Shown piece after piece: positions 1-11,050 of a DNA stretch of 51,339 bases. The DNA comes from an uncultured Bacillales bacterium. GTDB taxonomy: Bacteria > Bacillota_I > Bacilli_A > RFN20 > CAG-826. The stretch covers positions 1 to 51,339 of the forward strand of contig CAMUVS010000006.1 in NCBI GenBank assembly GCA_947164155.1, given 5' to 3'. Under the pieces are notes generated by a model. That model was given only the letters and a program-made list of their open reading frames with translations. It did not search any database and was not told where the DNA came from. Position 1 is the first letter of the stretch. Each line of letters opens with the position of its first letter. The position numbers were made by a program, and so were the translations under genes.

Positions 1-45
1 ATTATCTTATTAGAATTATAGTTAATTATCAAGACAAAAATGACC

Positions 46-72
46 AACAAAAAACCAGGATTAAATCCTGGT
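46..72 (-). terminator. Rho-independent terminator downstream of preA
   Basis: Inverted repeat accaggatt-a-aatcctggt (54-72) followed by a U-tract on the minus strand, about 20 nt after the preA stop. Confidence 0.8.
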
Positions 73-92
73 AGTTTGTTTTGCTAATGATA

Positions 93-1340
93 TTAGAGTC
101 TAACGTCTTGGACTTTTCTTCCTGGTTTTGCGGTCTTTTTAAAGACAACTTCACCTTTAGAAATTGCTCCAACTGGACAGACATGTCCACATAAGAGACA
201 TCCAACACATTTATCATGGTTACAACTTGGTCTTCTAGACTCTTCATCCCACTCCATAGCTTGGTGAGCGCCATCATAACAAGAGATATAGCAACGGCCA
301 CAGCCAACACATTTTTCACGATCAATTTCTGGATAGACAATATAGTCTCTATCGAGTTCTTCAGCAGGAATAATGTTCTTATTAGCTTTACCCACTAATT
401 GCTCTAAGTGATCAACATGTTGTTCTTCCATGTAATGCATTAAGCCGTTACATAAATCTTCAACGATTCTATAACCATATTGCATAATCGCGGTGGTAAC
501 TTGAATAGTTTTAGAACCCACTAAAATGAATTCAGCAGCGTCTTCCCAAGTTTCACATCCACCGATACCAGAGACTTCTAGATTAGGAATCGCAGTTCTC
601 ATTTGTTGAATAAATCTTAAGGCTACTGGTTTAACAGCTTTTCCGGAATATCCAGAGATCGCGGATTTACCGTTAACGATTGGCATACCAATTTTCTTAT
701 CTAAATCAATATTGCATATTGACTTGATGGTGTTAATCGCGGCAATACCGTCCGCTCCACCTTCTAAACAAGCTTTAGCAACTGGCACCATATCAGTAAT
801 ATTTGGTGTCATTTTTGCCATCATTGGGAGTTTAGATCCTCTTTTAACAGCTTGACAGTATCTCTTACAAAGTTCGGCATTCGTGCCTACGTCACTTCCC
901 ATCGCGTGAGACGTCATTTGAGGACATGATAAGTTCATTTCAATCATATCCGCGCCTGCTTCGGTAACTTTACGAGCGAGGTCTTCCCAAGTCTCTTCAC
1001 TATTACCCATAATCGAGGCAATTAATACTTTATCAGGATATTCTTTCTTTAATCTTGCTAAGTCAGCAAGGTTTTCTTCTAATGAATGTTCAGCGATTTG
1101 TTCCATGTTTTTGAAACCGACAAATGGTTCAGCTTCTTTAGTTAAGGTATCAAATCTAGGAGACACTTCATTAATAACGTAGGATTTTGGACCAATTGTC
1201 TTAAAGACAATTCCACCCCATCCACAGTCATAGGCCTTTTTACACATGTCATAATCATTTCCTACTGGAGAAGATGATAGACAAAACGGGTTAGGGAATT
1301 TAACACCTAAGAAGGTAATACTTAAATCTTTCTTTACCAT
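93..1340 (-). CDS. preA: NAD-dependent dihydropyrimidine dehydrogenase subunit PreA
   Basis: DHODH-like barrel ([28 protein letters not shown]) plus C-terminal 2x[4Fe-4S] motifs (CVGCGRC..C, CVGCLLC..VCP); SD ggagg. Confidence 0.93.
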   Translation of the reverse strand: MVKKDLSITFLGVKFPNPFCLSSSPVGNDYDMCKKAYDCGWGGIVFKTIGPKSYVINEVSPRFDTLTKEAEPFVGFKNMEQIAEHSLEENLADLARLKKEYPDKVLIASIMGNSEETWEDLARKVTEAGADMIEMNLSCPQMTSHAMGSDVGTNAELCKRYCQAVKRGSKLPMMAKMTPNITDMVPVAKACLEGGADGIAAINTIKSICNIDLDKKIGMPIVNGKSAISGYSGKAVKPVALRFIQQMRTAIPNLEVSGIGGCETWEDAAEFILVGSKTIQVTTAIMQYGYRIVEDLCNGLMHYMEEQHVDHLEQLVGKANKNIIPAEELDRDYIVYPEIDREKCVGCGRCYISCYDGAHQAMEWDEESRRPSCNHDKCVGCLLCGHVCPVGAISKGEVVFKKTAKPGRKVQDVRL

Positions 1341-1342
1341 AA

Positions 1343-2551
1343 TTATTTACCTCCTAAATATTTTTTAACTTTATAGGCAACTTCTTTAGCAGATCTCACC
1401 GCATAAACAACGGTCTTTTCTCCGCCTTTATAGATATCACCACAAGTGAATAAGTTGCCTTCAACTTTTTCTACTTCTTGAAGTTTATTAACTTCTAAAC
1501 CAAATGCACCTGCTTCGGTAGCTTGACCAACAGCGAGAATGATTAAATCAGCTTTAACTTTGACTTCGCTTGGTACAAATCTATGAGTGAATCTCACAGT
1601 CTTTCCTTTTAATGAAACAGGAACAAAGCCGTCCATAATAGAAACACCTTGCTCTTGAGCGCCCATAAGTTCTTTCTTAGAGGCCCTAAATTCTTCAAAT
1701 GTTTCATAAACGACATCAGTGACTTGTTTAACGCCTAATAATTTAAGAGTAGTAACAACGTCCATAGCGACGTCTCCTCCACCGATAACTAACACGTTAT
1801 CAGGGACTTTAACATTACCTTTCTTTTTCTTGCAGTCATGTAAGAAGTCAACCGCGGTCTTGACAAATCTATGACCTTCAAACATTGGAAGCATCTTGCC
1901 TTTAGAGTGACCGACCGCTAAAACGACTGCGTCATATTCTTTTTGAAGTTTCTTTAAATCTTCTACTTTAGTAGAGGTTCTAATTTCTACTCCTAATTTT
2001 TGAATACGTTTAATTTCTTTATCAACAACGCTAGATGGTAAACGATATTCAGGCATGCCATATCTCATATAACCACCAGCTTTAGCGTCTTTTTCAAAAA
2101 CCACGACAGAGCAGCCATCTAAAGCTAATAAACCAGCAATAGATAATCCAGCAGGACCACTACCAACAACTGCCACTTTCTTACCGTTAGATGGTTTCTT
2201 CTCTAAGATATCCATCTTTAATAAGTCTTCATAGTCAGTGACATATCTTTGAATTCTTCCGATATCAATTGGCTTATCAATACCACTTCTAGAACAACCA
2301 AGTTGACAATATCTTTCGGTTGGACAGACTCTTGCGCAAATTGCGCCTAAAATATTATTGATACGAACAGTTTCTGCTGCGCCTTTAAAGTTTCTAAATC
2401 GCACAGAACGAATAAATTTTGCTGGATCCGTTCCAGCAGGACAGGCTTTAGAACATGGAGCGTCGTGACAAAGTAAACAACGTGATGCTTCTTCCATCAC
2501 GAGTTTAGGTGTATACCCGGCTTCATATTCTTTTAAGTACTTTTCGGACAT
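1343..2551 (-). CDS. preT: Dihydropyrimidine dehydrogenase subunit PreT (GltD-like flavin/Fe-S oxidoreductase)
   Basis: [31 protein letters not shown] and IGGGDVAMD motifs; directly upstream of preA. Confidence 0.9.
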   Translation of the reverse strand: MSEKYLKEYEAGYTPKLVMEEASRCLLCHDAPCSKACPAGTDPAKFIRSVRFRNFKGAAETVRINNILGAICARVCPTERYCQLGCSRSGIDKPIDIGRIQRYVTDYEDLLKMDILEKKPSNGKKVAVVGSGPAGLSIAGLLALDGCSVVVFEKDAKAGGYMRYGMPEYRLPSSVVDKEIKRIQKLGVEIRTSTKVEDLKKLQKEYDAVVLAVGHSKGKMLPMFEGHRFVKTAVDFLHDCKKKKGNVKVPDNVLVIGGGDVAMDVVTTLKLLGVKQVTDVVYETFEEFRASKKELMGAQEQGVSIMDGFVPVSLKGKTVRFTHRFVPSEVKVKADLIILAVGQATEAGAFGLEVNKLQEVEKVEGNLFTCGDIYKGGEKTVVYAVRSAKEVAYKVKKYLGGK

Positions 2552-2607
2552 AAAAATCCTCCTAATTAAGTCTAAAAAAGAAAAATCCTTGTATTTATTT
2601 TAACAAA

Positions 2608-2643
2608 TAAAAAAAGAATATGCATTATCAATTGCATACTCTT
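2608..2643 (-). terminator. Probable terminator after the zinc-ribbon gene
   Basis: Minus-strand hairpin aagagtatgca...tgcatattctt followed by a U run. Confidence 0.65.
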
Positions 2644-2651
2644 AATTTTGC

Positions 2652-3188
2652 TTATCTATTACTTTCGTATTCTTCAATTATTCTTTCACGATTAGAAATC
2701 TTTTTAGAAAATACCGCGCCTGAAAGGATGAGGAAGACAATTCCGGCATCTGCGACTAATTCAAATAGCACTCCTAAGAATACGTACATTACATATTGAC
2801 TAACAACTCCATACCCCGGATCAGCGACATCAACTGTTCTAACGCCTAGAGCAATAAATAAAATACAAAGCGCTAATCCAACTGGTAAAAAGATCAATCC
2901 TAAAGTTAAAAATGTTGTTCTTTTAGATTTTAAAGAAACGATTTCTCTTTTATATCTTTCTATGGTCGCATCATCAACTTTATTATTAGATGAACTTTGA
3001 TCAATAAAGCTCGCCGCTACTCTAGTAGATGAAATAGCTTTTCCGCAATAAGAACAATAAACTGCATCTTCATCAACGCTTGCTCCACAATGTGGACAAG
3101 TCGCGTACTTCACCAATTTACTGCCGCATTTATCACAATACGTTGCCCCATCTCCAAATTCAGCATTACATGTTGGACATTTTTTCAT
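2652..3188 (-). CDS. Double zinc-ribbon (DZR) membrane protein
   Basis: CPTC-x10-CDKCG and CPHCG-x9-CSYCG, followed by two hydrophobic helices. Confidence 0.8.
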   Translation of the reverse strand: MKKCPTCNAEFGDGATYCDKCGSKLVKYATCPHCGASVDEDAVYCSYCGKAISSTRVAASFIDQSSSNNKVDDATIERYKREIVSLKSKRTTFLTLGLIFLPVGLALCILFIALGVRTVDVADPGYGVVSQYVMYVFLGVLFELVADAGIVFLILSGAVFSKKISNRERIIEEYESNR

Positions 3189-3190
3189 AA

Positions 3191-5143
3191 TTAATCACCA
3201 TCCTTTTGAGGATTTAATTCTTTATAAATACCTACTAATTGTTTAGCCCATTTATCACTAGAATAATTTAGCATCGTCTTTTTAGCGTTTTTAATGATTG
3301 GTTTAATATCACCAAATAAGGCTTTTTCTAGTTTAGAAACCCATTCATCATAGTTATGATAAATTAAAGCGTTTTCCTCGTCGATAAATACTCCATCTAA
3401 AGCGGTATCCGCTTTCGCTAATATTGGAGTGCCACACACTGCAGCCTCAAAATAAGTTAAGCCTTGAGTTTCAAAGTTACTCGCGGTGACAAAAACATCG
3501 AATAAAGAATAATAATATTTGAGTTTGGAGTTTTCTATTTCACCCACAAATATCACGTTTTCTTCTAAATCTAACTTTTTCACAGTCTTTTTAAGCATTG
3601 GAATCGCATCTCCGATTCCTACAATAATAAAGGCTAGATTAGGGATTTCGTGCTTAATTTTTGCAATATATTCTAAAGTCTCAACAATGTTCTTTTCTAG
3701 GGAAACTCTTCCTACATAACCAATAACTTTTTTATGTTTAAGTCCATATGAATCTCTTAAGTTATTAATTAATTCATTATCCATCTTAGAGATTTCAAAG
3801 CGAGCGACATTAACTGGAGAAGGGATAATACGAATATCTTTTTCTCCAACATCCTTTTTTAAGATCTCATAGCTTTTTTGAGAAGGAACAGTAATGATTT
3901 TACAGTCATTATAAATACGTTGAAAAATTAAGCTTTTCGCAGTTTTATAGATAATATTACCTAAATCTAAACCAAACTTCTTTTCATAATATAAATTCCA
4001 TAAGGTGTGATATGTATATAAAATATTAACTCCTGTTAACTTCGCTAATTTAAGAGCGATTACCCCGACAGAATATTCGGTATGTAAATGAATATAGTCA
4101 AAACCAAATAAAGCAAGCATCTTCGCTGATTTAGTAAACTGGAATGTTTTTAACATATGTAGTTCTTTATTTCCTCTAAGTAAAGAGGCATAAGTTGCAG
4201 GAATTGGAATATAGCTATCTTTAGGTAATTCTTTATAAGATGAATTCTCATTCCAAAGCGCTCCAATATAGACCTCGTAACCGAGTTTTTCTAGCTCTAA
4301 CTGTAATAAGTCAATGACCACTGCCACTCCGTTAACAAATAAAGGACAAACATCAGTTAATAACGCAATTCTAGGTTTATTAGGAATATCATCTAGTTCA
4401 TTAAATAAATGAGTAAAGAATGTCTCATTTAATATGGCTTCTTCTGGAAGAGCAGAAGCTATGTATTTAGATTTTTTACCCACTAATGGGTTATAGTGAT
4501 GTTTCTTATAATATTCTTCAAGTCGAATAGATAATATATCCTTATAATATAAATAATGCCCACATACTGGATAAGAAGAGAATTTCACTAAAGGATTTAA
4601 ATGTCCTTTTTCATAAATCTTAAATCGATTATCAAGTGACACCACTTCATCGTTTTGTCCAAAGTGGATATAAGTAGGAACTGTAAAATTAACGATTTCA
4701 TCACTCAATTCATATTCAGCTTTATAAGAGTTAACTGGAGAAATTAGAATCATCTTTTCGATATTTAAATCTTGGTTCTTATGTGCTTTAGAGGCTAAAT
4801 ACGCCCCTACTCCAAATCCTAATAAAGTTAGTGTTTGATCTTTTCTAATAACTTTACTAGAGAATAATTCAAAAATAATTCTTTCAAAAACATCAAAGTA
4901 ATATTCTAAATATAAAACATGGTCATGTTTTGTAATAAAGTTAATGACAATAACTTGCTCCCCGCGATTAATAATAGGAGCAAGCAAATCATAAAATTGT
5001 CTTTCTCCTTCAAAATGAAATAAAGGAAAGATAATAATATTTTTTAAGTTATTCTTACTATTATAAAAACTAACCTGATATGGGTTATGATCTAAAACAA
5101 TTTCAATCTTTTTGCCTTTAAAGGCTGGTCTAGATTTCGCCAT
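3191..5143 (-). CDS. Fusion of an alpha/beta-hydrolase-like domain and a GT4 glycosyltransferase (glycolipid synthase-like)
   Basis: C-terminal ~400 aa carry LLTD..P.VNGV, IHLHTEYSVG, YTYHT, YVGRVSLEKN and FETQGLTYFEA; the N-terminus has the hydrolase pattern LLGFGVG / HFGQNDEVV / CGH. Confidence 0.8.
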   Translation of the reverse strand: MAKSRPAFKGKKIEIVLDHNPYQVSFYNSKNNLKNIIIFPLFHFEGERQFYDLLAPIINRGEQVIVINFITKHDHVLYLEYYFDVFERIIFELFSSKVIRKDQTLTLLGFGVGAYLASKAHKNQDLNIEKMILISPVNSYKAEYELSDEIVNFTVPTYIHFGQNDEVVSLDNRFKIYEKGHLNPLVKFSSYPVCGHYLYYKDILSIRLEEYYKKHHYNPLVGKKSKYIASALPEEAILNETFFTHLFNELDDIPNKPRIALLTDVCPLFVNGVAVVIDLLQLELEKLGYEVYIGALWNENSSYKELPKDSYIPIPATYASLLRGNKELHMLKTFQFTKSAKMLALFGFDYIHLHTEYSVGVIALKLAKLTGVNILYTYHTLWNLYYEKKFGLDLGNIIYKTAKSLIFQRIYNDCKIITVPSQKSYEILKKDVGEKDIRIIPSPVNVARFEISKMDNELINNLRDSYGLKHKKVIGYVGRVSLEKNIVETLEYIAKIKHEIPNLAFIIVGIGDAIPMLKKTVKKLDLEENVIFVGEIENSKLKYYYSLFDVFVTASNFETQGLTYFEAAVCGTPILAKADTALDGVFIDEENALIYHNYDEWVSKLEKALFGDIKPIIKNAKKTMLNYSSDKWAKQLVGIYKELNPQKDGD

Positions 5144-5178
5144 AAAGTTATTTTAAACCAAACCTATTTCTTTGTATA

Positions 5179-5208
5179 TAAAAACCCCATCTAATAAATA
5201 GATGAGGT
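5179..5208 (-). terminator. Terminator of the ribosomal protein superoperon
   Basis: Minus-strand acctcatcta-tttat-tagatggggt followed by tttt, 20 nt after the rplQ stop. Confidence 0.8.
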
Positions 5209-5228
5209 CTTAAATAATTTAGTGTAGA

Positions 5229-5630
5229 TTATTCAACCCAAGTCACTAAGACAACTGGGGCGTCATCACCACGACGGTTTTCAAGCTTTAATCTTCTTGT
5301 ATAACCACCATTACGGCTCTTAAATTTAGGACCGATGACGGAGAATAATTTATCTAAAGCGGAGACTCCTTCACTAGCTTCGATATTTCTCACGAATCTA
5401 GCGGCTTCTCTTTTAGCGTTCATAACGTCGGCTTTCTTAGTTAAAGTAACTAATCTATCAGCTTCTTTAACGACATCACGAGCGACAGCTTCAGTAACTT
5501 TGACGGATTCATGAATAATTAAATCAGTGACCACATTACGAAGCATATTTTCATATTTGCTTTTGGTGTACGCGGCTTTAAATCTCACGCCGGTTTTACC
5601 ATGTACATTTTTACGACCTTGTGCTGGCAT
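5229..5630 (-). CDS. rplQ: 50S ribosomal protein L17
   Basis: RNGGYTR..K...RRGDDAP motif; follows rpoA. Confidence 0.95.
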   Translation of the reverse strand: MPAQGRKNVHGKTGVRFKAAYTKSKYENMLRNVVTDLIIHESVKVTEAVARDVVKEADRLVTLTKKADVMNAKREAARFVRNIEASEGVSALDKLFSVIGPKFKSRNGGYTRRLKLENRRGDDAPVVLVTWVE

Positions 5631-5648
5631 AATTTATTTCCTTTCTAA

Positions 5649-6614
5649 TTATTCAAAATCTCTGAATGATAAGCCAATGGATTGAAGTTTCTCTTTAATT
5701 TCTTTAAGAGACTTCTTACCAAGATTTTTGACTTTCATCATTTCTTCTTCACTCTTCTCAGTTAATTCTAAGACAGTGCCGATATTCGCTCTTTTTAAGC
5801 AGTTATAGCTTCTGACAGATAAATCGAGATCTTCAATAGTGATGTTCTCATATTTATTTTCTTCAACAGTAACGACTTCTTTTTCGATATTAATATCTTG
5901 AGTGATTTCCGCTAAGCCTAAGAATTTGTTGAGGTGTTCGATTAATAATCTAGCAGCCCAAACAACAGCTTCTTGAGGAAGAATACTTCCATTAGTCCAA
6001 ACTTCTAATGTAAGTTTATCAAATTTGGAATCGTGACCAACACGAGTGTTATCAACGATGTAATTTGCTTTTCTTACTGGAGAATAGTTACTATCTGTAG
6101 CGATAACTCCAACTGGGAAATTTGGATGTAATACTTTATTTTGTTCACCAGTGAAATATCCTCTACCGTTTCTAGCGTGAAGCACCATATGTAATTTGCC
6201 GCCTTCCGCTACGTGAGCGATGACGACATCTTTATTAATAACTTCAACGCCAGTTGGGCAAACGATATCAGCACCAGTAACGACTTTGGCTTCTTCAACA
6301 TTAATTTCAAGTCTCTTATTAGCGTCATCGGTTTCATCAATCTTTAAGACTAAATCTTTAAGATTAAGGACGATAGAAGTAACATCTTCTTCAACGCCTT
6401 CTAAAGAGGAGAATTCGTGTTGTGCACCTTCTACTTCAACAGCATAGATGCTAGCGCCTGGAAGAGCGGATAATAAGACTCTTCTTAAAGCGTTTCCAAG
6501 GGTTAATCCGAATCCTCTTTCAAGAGGTTCGATGACGAAACGACCATAATTTTCATTACCGTCGTAGTCAGCTTGGGTAATACCAAATCTTTCAAATGGA
6601 TTTGCAATTTTCAT
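5649..6614 (-). CDS. rpoA: RNA polymerase subunit alpha
   Basis: EPLERGFGLTLGNALRRVLLS; alpha-CTD LDLSVRSYNCLKRA. Confidence 0.98.
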   Translation of the reverse strand: MKIANPFERFGITQADYDGNENYGRFVIEPLERGFGLTLGNALRRVLLSALPGASIYAVEVEGAQHEFSSLEGVEEDVTSIVLNLKDLVLKIDETDDANKRLEINVEEAKVVTGADIVCPTGVEVINKDVVIAHVAEGGKLHMVLHARNGRGYFTGEQNKVLHPNFPVGVIATDSNYSPVRKANYIVDNTRVGHDSKFDKLTLEVWTNGSILPQEAVVWAARLLIEHLNKFLGLAEITQDINIEKEVVTVEENKYENITIEDLDLSVRSYNCLKRANIGTVLELTEKSEEEMMKVKNLGKKSLKEIKEKLQSIGLSFRDFE

Positions 6615-6631
6615 TGTTATATCCTCCTAAA

Positions 6632-7015
6632 TTAACCACGTGGACGTTTTGGTGGACGGCAGCCATTATGTGGGATTGGGGTTGTGTCAACAATAGACAT
6701 AACTTGTAAGCCCGCAACCGCTAAAGAACGGATAGCGCCTTCTCTACCTGGGCCTGGACCTTTGACATCAACATCAACTTGTCTAATGCCTTGTTCATAA
6801 GCACTCTTTGCTGCAGCTTCACTAGCTTGTTGAGCAGCAAATGGAGTGGATTTTTTCGCTCCTTTAAAACCTAATGCACCGGCGCTACTCCAAGCGATGG
6901 CATTGCCGTCGGCATCAGTAATAGTAACGATGGTGTTATTGAATGTGGAGTGGATGTGCGCCACGCCTTTAGTATAGGAACGTTTAACTTTCTTTTTACG
7001 TACAACTTTAGCCAT
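6632..7015 (-). CDS. rpsK: 30S ribosomal protein S11
   Basis: [17 protein letters not shown] and PIPHNGCRP motifs. Confidence 0.98.
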   Translation of the reverse strand: MAKVVRKKKVKRSYTKGVAHIHSTFNNTIVTITDADGNAIAWSSAGALGFKGAKKSTPFAAQQASEAAAKSAYEQGIRQVDVDVKGPGPGREGAIRSLAVAGLQVMSIVDTTPIPHNGCRPPKRPRG

Positions 7016-7033
7016 GATACATCTCTCCTTTCA

Positions 7034-7408
7034 TTATTTAGGTGCGACTTTCTTATTCGCAATGGTTTTACGTGGACCTTTACGGGTACGCGCATTTGTT
7101 TTGGTTTTTTGACCGCGGACTGGTAAACCTTTTTTATGTCTAATTCCACGATAACAACCAATTTCAGTTAATCTTTTGATATTTAAGGCGACTTCTCTTC
7201 TTAAATCACCTTCGACTTTTAATTTGCTAACTTCTGCTCTGATTGCATTCATTTGAGCGTCGGATAAATCCTTAACTCTAATTTGTGGATCAACTTTTGC
7301 AGTTTCACAAATCTTTCTAGCAGTAGTTCTTCCAATACCGTAAATATAGGTAAGGGAGAAGGCTACTTGTTTGTCGTTTGGAATATCAACACCAACAATA
7401 CGTGCCAT
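7034..7408 (-). CDS. rpsM: 30S ribosomal protein S13
   Basis: [10 protein letters not shown]; [18 protein letters not shown]. Confidence 0.98.
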   Translation of the reverse strand: MARIVGVDIPNDKQVAFSLTYIYGIGRTTARKICETAKVDPQIRVKDLSDAQMNAIRAEVSKLKVEGDLRREVALNIKRLTEIGCYRGIRHKKGLPVRGQKTKTNARTRKGPRKTIANKKVAPK

Positions 7409-7427
7409 ATTCTAATTTCCTCCTATA

Positions 7428-7541
7428 TTAACCTTGTCTTTGCTTGTGCTTTGGATCGCTACAAATGACCATGATTTTACCATGTCTTTTGATGACTCTG
7501 CACTTTGAGCAAATAGGTTTGACTGAAGGTCTGACTTTCAT
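7428..7541 (-). CDS. rpmJ: 50S ribosomal protein L36, zinc-binding form (not in the ORF track)
   Basis: Manual translation gives [37 protein letters not shown]; SD aaggagg. Confidence 0.97.
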   Translation of the reverse strand: MKVRPSVKPICSKCRVIKRHGKIMVICSDPKHKQRQG

Positions 7542-7573
7542 AATTTCTTTCCTCCTTAATAGTTTTGTTAGGA

Positions 7574-7792
7574 CTATTTAAACCTGAATGTTATTCGGCC
7601 CCGTGTTAAATCATAAGGCGAGATTTCTACGGTAACTTTATCACCTGGAAGAATGCGAATGTAATTCATTCGGATTTTACCAGAAACGGTAGCCAAGATT
7701 ACCATGTCGTTTTCAAGTTTGACTCTAAACATTGCGTTTGGAAGAGTCTCAGTAACGACCGCCTGAACTTCGATGACATCTGCTTTAGACAT
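7574..7792 (-). CDS. infA: Translation initiation factor IF-1
   Basis: [12 protein letters not shown]; [17 protein letters not shown]; YDLTRGRI. Confidence 0.98.
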   Translation of the reverse strand: MSKADVIEVQAVVTETLPNAMFRVKLENDMVILATVSGKIRMNYIRILPGDKVTVEISPYDLTRGRITFRFK

Positions 7793-7796
7793 TTAT

Positions 7797-8558
7797 TTAC
7801 TCTTCTCCTTCATACATTGTAATGATTTCAATTCCCTCACTAGTGACTATCACTGTGTTTTCATAGTGGGCAGTTAATTTGTGGTCTTTAGAAACCGCTG
7901 TCCAGCCATCAGGTAGGACCCTGATGTCTTTTTTACCTTCTAGAACCATAGGCTCTATACATAGTGACATACCTTCTTCAATCTTCATTCCTGTTCCCGC
8001 TTTTCCATAATTTGGAATCGTTGGATCTTCATGCATATGAGTTCCAATTGAATGACCAGTATAATCACGAGTGACGTTATAACCATGATTTTCAACATAG
8101 GACTGTATCGCGTGGGATATATCTCCAATATAGTTACCGACCTTAACTTGTTTTAAGCCTTCAAAGAATGCATCTTTTGTGACTTTCACAAGTTTTTCGG
8201 CTCTATCGGAGAGCTTGCCAACCGCGAAGGTACGGCAAGCATCTGCCATATAGCCCTGATAAGACGCCACTAAATCTACAGAAACAATATCGCCTTCTTT
8301 TAAGATTTTCTTATTAGAAGGGATGCCATGCACTAACTCTTCATTAACGGATACGCAGGCATTAGCGGGATATCCATAATATCCTTTTTCCGCACTGATA
8401 CATCCGTGTTTGATGAATGTGTTAATGACAATTTGATCAATATCCATGGTGGTCATACCTGGCTTAATGACTTCTTTAATAGTTTTGAAGGCATCAGCGA
8501 CAGCTTGACCCGCCACTTTCATTAATGCAATTTCTCTTTTAGATTTAATGTACACCAT
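7797..8558 (-). CDS. map: Methionine aminopeptidase, type I
   Basis: CVSVNEELVHGIP, GHSIG..MHEDP, IEPM and AHYENT motifs. Confidence 0.96.
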   Translation of the reverse strand: MVYIKSKREIALMKVAGQAVADAFKTIKEVIKPGMTTMDIDQIVINTFIKHGCISAEKGYYGYPANACVSVNEELVHGIPSNKKILKEGDIVSVDLVASYQGYMADACRTFAVGKLSDRAEKLVKVTKDAFFEGLKQVKVGNYIGDISHAIQSYVENHGYNVTRDYTGHSIGTHMHEDPTIPNYGKAGTGMKIEEGMSLCIEPMVLEGKKDIRVLPDGWTAVSKDHKLTAHYENTVIVTSEGIEIITMYEGEE

Positions 8559-8560
8559 AG

Positions 8561-9211
8561 TTATTTTTTTAAGTATGAAGAAACTTCATCGAATAGTTCT
8601 TCTTTACCAACTAAAGAGTTGAATGACTCTAATAGCCCAAGCTTCTTATAGAAATCAAGAAGTGGTTTGGTTTCAGAAACATAATGTTCCAATCTCACTT
8701 TGAGAGCTTCTTCGTTATCGTCTTTTCTTTGGAATAATGGTCCTCCACATAAATCACAGACACCTTCCACTTTTGGTTTCATGGTGACAACGTGATATGG
8801 AGCGCCACAATCTTTACAAACTCTACGACCGGAGATTCTTCTCACAAGTTCTTCGTTATCACAGTCTAAATTGATAACTGCTTCGATTGGTCGAGAGATA
8901 GACTTAGCGATTTCATCTAACGCTTCAGCTTGCGCTAAAGTGCGAGGAAAACCGTCAAGTAAGAACCCAGCTTCACAGTCTTTTTGACTGAGTCTCTCTT
9001 TGACTAAGCCAATAGTCACATCATCAGGGACTAAATCGCCTTTATTAATGTAACTAGCAGCAAGTACGCCGAGTTCTGTTTGTGCTTTAATTGCTTCTCT
9101 AAACATATCTCCAGTAGAAATATGAACGAGATTTAAAGCTTCTTTTAATTGCTTTGCAAGTGTACCCTTGCCAGCTCCTGGGGGACCCATCAAGATAATG
9201 TTCTTTTTCAT
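8561..9211 (-). CDS. adk: Adenylate kinase with zinc LID
   Basis: GPPGAGKGT, LLDGFPRT, CKDC..CDLC. Confidence 0.98.
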   Translation of the reverse strand: MKKNIILMGPPGAGKGTLAKQLKEALNLVHISTGDMFREAIKAQTELGVLAASYINKGDLVPDDVTIGLVKERLSQKDCEAGFLLDGFPRTLAQAEALDEIAKSISRPIEAVINLDCDNEELVRRISGRRVCKDCGAPYHVVTMKPKVEGVCDLCGGPLFQRKDDNEEALKVRLEHYVSETKPLLDFYKKLGLLESFNSLVGKEELFDEVSSYLKK

Positions 9212-9216
9212 AAATA

Positions 9217-10593
9217 TTAATGACCTCCTGAAGCCACAACTTCATCGAATGATTTACCAGCAAGTAAGCCATCGATTTGGTTATTTAATTCTAAGCAAAC
9301 ACCGACAACAATGATCATTCCGGTACCGCCCATGACTAAGCTTGCATCGCCTCCGAATATACCACTCATTGTTAACACTGGTGGTAAAGCGGCAATTAAT
9401 ACAAGAGCCATAGCGCCGATAAAGGTCACTCTATTTAAGACACGACGGATATATCTTTCAGTTTCAATACCTGGTTTAACTCCAGGGATATAGCTTCCAT
9501 TCTTTTGGAAGTTTTCCGCCATTTGTTGTGGATCGATTTGTAAGTTCGCATAGAAGAATGTAAATGCTACTACAAGGACAATATAGATAATTAATCCCCA
9601 AGGCATTTTCCAACTTCCCATGTCGTATAATTCGCTGGTAGAGAAGATCTTTAACCAACCAGCGTTAGCCCCATCATTAGAGACAAATGCCGCAATGACA
9701 CTTGGCGCCATTAATAAGGAGCTAGCGAAGATGACAGGAATAACTCCAGCACTATTAATCTTAATTGGTAAGAAGCTCGCTCTAGCCATTGATTGAGTTT
9801 GTCCTCCACCTTTACCCGAATGTTGAATTGGGATTTTACGTTGAGATAACTCAATGAATGTCACGAATGCGATAATGACGAGGTAAGCAACAACATAGAG
9901 TATAAACTTGAATACTCCAGCGATCACTAGACTATCAGGAGCACCACCAGTGCTACTAATATAGGTAGTGAAGGCGTGGGCGAATTGATTTGGTAATGAA
10001 CAGACAATACCCGCAAAGATGATCATGGAGATACCATTACCGATACCTTTAACGGAGATTTGATCACCAAGCCACATCACAAGCATAGAGCCTGCAAGCA
10101 TAACTATGATGATATATAAATATCCCATCCATGCGTTTCCGTTCGCGGAAAGCTGATTCATTAATTCAAATGTCACGCCACTATCAGAAGAGTTTTCAAT
10201 AGTTTTGATAATACCGTATGCTTGGACCGCACCTAATAATAAAGTTAGGTAACGGGTCGCATATTCCATTTTCCTTCTTCCGTATTGACCTTGACGTCTA
10301 AGCTCAGATAGAGCAGGTAATACATCAGTACTTAACAGTTGCACAATAATTTGTGCGGTGATGTATGGAGAGACGCCGAGGGCGAAGATGGAGAACGTTT
10401 GTAACGTACCTCCACCAAGTAGGTTCATAAGAGATAGAGCAGACCCGGAATTGAGATAATCGTCAAATCCTGAGACTTTTACTCCCGGGACTGTAATCTG
10501 TGCTCCGATACGGAAGATAAAGAGAATGAGGACCGTAAACAAAATACGGTTCATGATTTCTTTATTTTTAAGAATCGAAGCAATCTTTTTCAT
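9217..10593 (-). CDS. secY: Preprotein translocase SecY
   Basis: FSIFALGVSPYITAQII, GIGNGISMIIF and AGVIPVIFASS; multiple TM helices; canonical position. Confidence 0.97.
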   Translation of the reverse strand: MKKIASILKNKEIMNRILFTVLILFIFRIGAQITVPGVKVSGFDDYLNSGSALSLMNLLGGGTLQTFSIFALGVSPYITAQIIVQLLSTDVLPALSELRRQGQYGRRKMEYATRYLTLLLGAVQAYGIIKTIENSSDSGVTFELMNQLSANGNAWMGYLYIIIVMLAGSMLVMWLGDQISVKGIGNGISMIIFAGIVCSLPNQFAHAFTTYISSTGGAPDSLVIAGVFKFILYVVAYLVIIAFVTFIELSQRKIPIQHSGKGGGQTQSMARASFLPIKINSAGVIPVIFASSLLMAPSVIAAFVSNDGANAGWLKIFSTSELYDMGSWKMPWGLIIYIVLVVAFTFFYANLQIDPQQMAENFQKNGSYIPGVKPGIETERYIRRVLNRVTFIGAMALVLIAALPPVLTMSGIFGGDASLVMGGTGMIIVVGVCLELNNQIDGLLAGKSFDEVVASGGH

Positions 10594-10595
10594 AA

Positions 10596-11036
10596 TTAGA
10601 TTACCTCAGCGGTTCCACCTGCGGCTTTAATGGCTTCAAGAGCACTCTTAGAGAATTTAGAAGCTTGAACAGTTAATGCTTTTTCAAGCTTGCCTTTTCC
10701 TAAGACTTTGACACCGCAATATTCTTTGCCGATTAAACCGGCATCTTTGAGAGTAGCAGCATTGACCACTTTGCCAGCTTCGAATTTATTTAAATCTTCG
10801 ACGTTAACAACAGCGTATGCGACGCGATTGACATTCTTAAAACCTCTTTTTGGAAGTCTTCTCCATAAAGGCATTTGTCCACCTTCAAAGCCTAAAGCGA
10901 CTCCACCACCACTACGGGCGTTTTGTCCTTTATGACCTTTACCAGCGGTCTTGCCGTTTCCGGAGCCGATGCCTCTACCTCTACGGTAGTGAGCGCTTCT
11001 ACTGCCTTCTACTGCTTGTAATTCATGTAATTTCAT
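10596..11036 (-). CDS. rplO: 50S ribosomal protein L15
   Basis: [24 protein letters not shown]; FEGGQMPL. Confidence 0.98.
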   Translation of the reverse strand: MKLHELQAVEGSRSAHYRRGRGIGSGNGKTAGKGHKGQNARSGGGVALGFEGGQMPLWRRLPKRGFKNVNRVAYAVVNVEDLNKFEAGKVVNAATLKDAGLIGKEYCGVKVLGKGKLEKALTVQASKFSKSALEAIKAAGGTAEVI

Positions 11037-11050
11037 GTGACTAAGCCTCC

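Noticed and set aside
29-398. Short ORFs overlapping the preA 3' end
   Set aside because: Alternate-frame or antisense to a conserved ferredoxin domain; the 29-340 ORF also runs through the terminator.
6615-6631. Absence of rpsD between rpsK and rpoA
   Set aside because: Normal for Bacilli and Mollicutes, where rpsD lies elsewhere.
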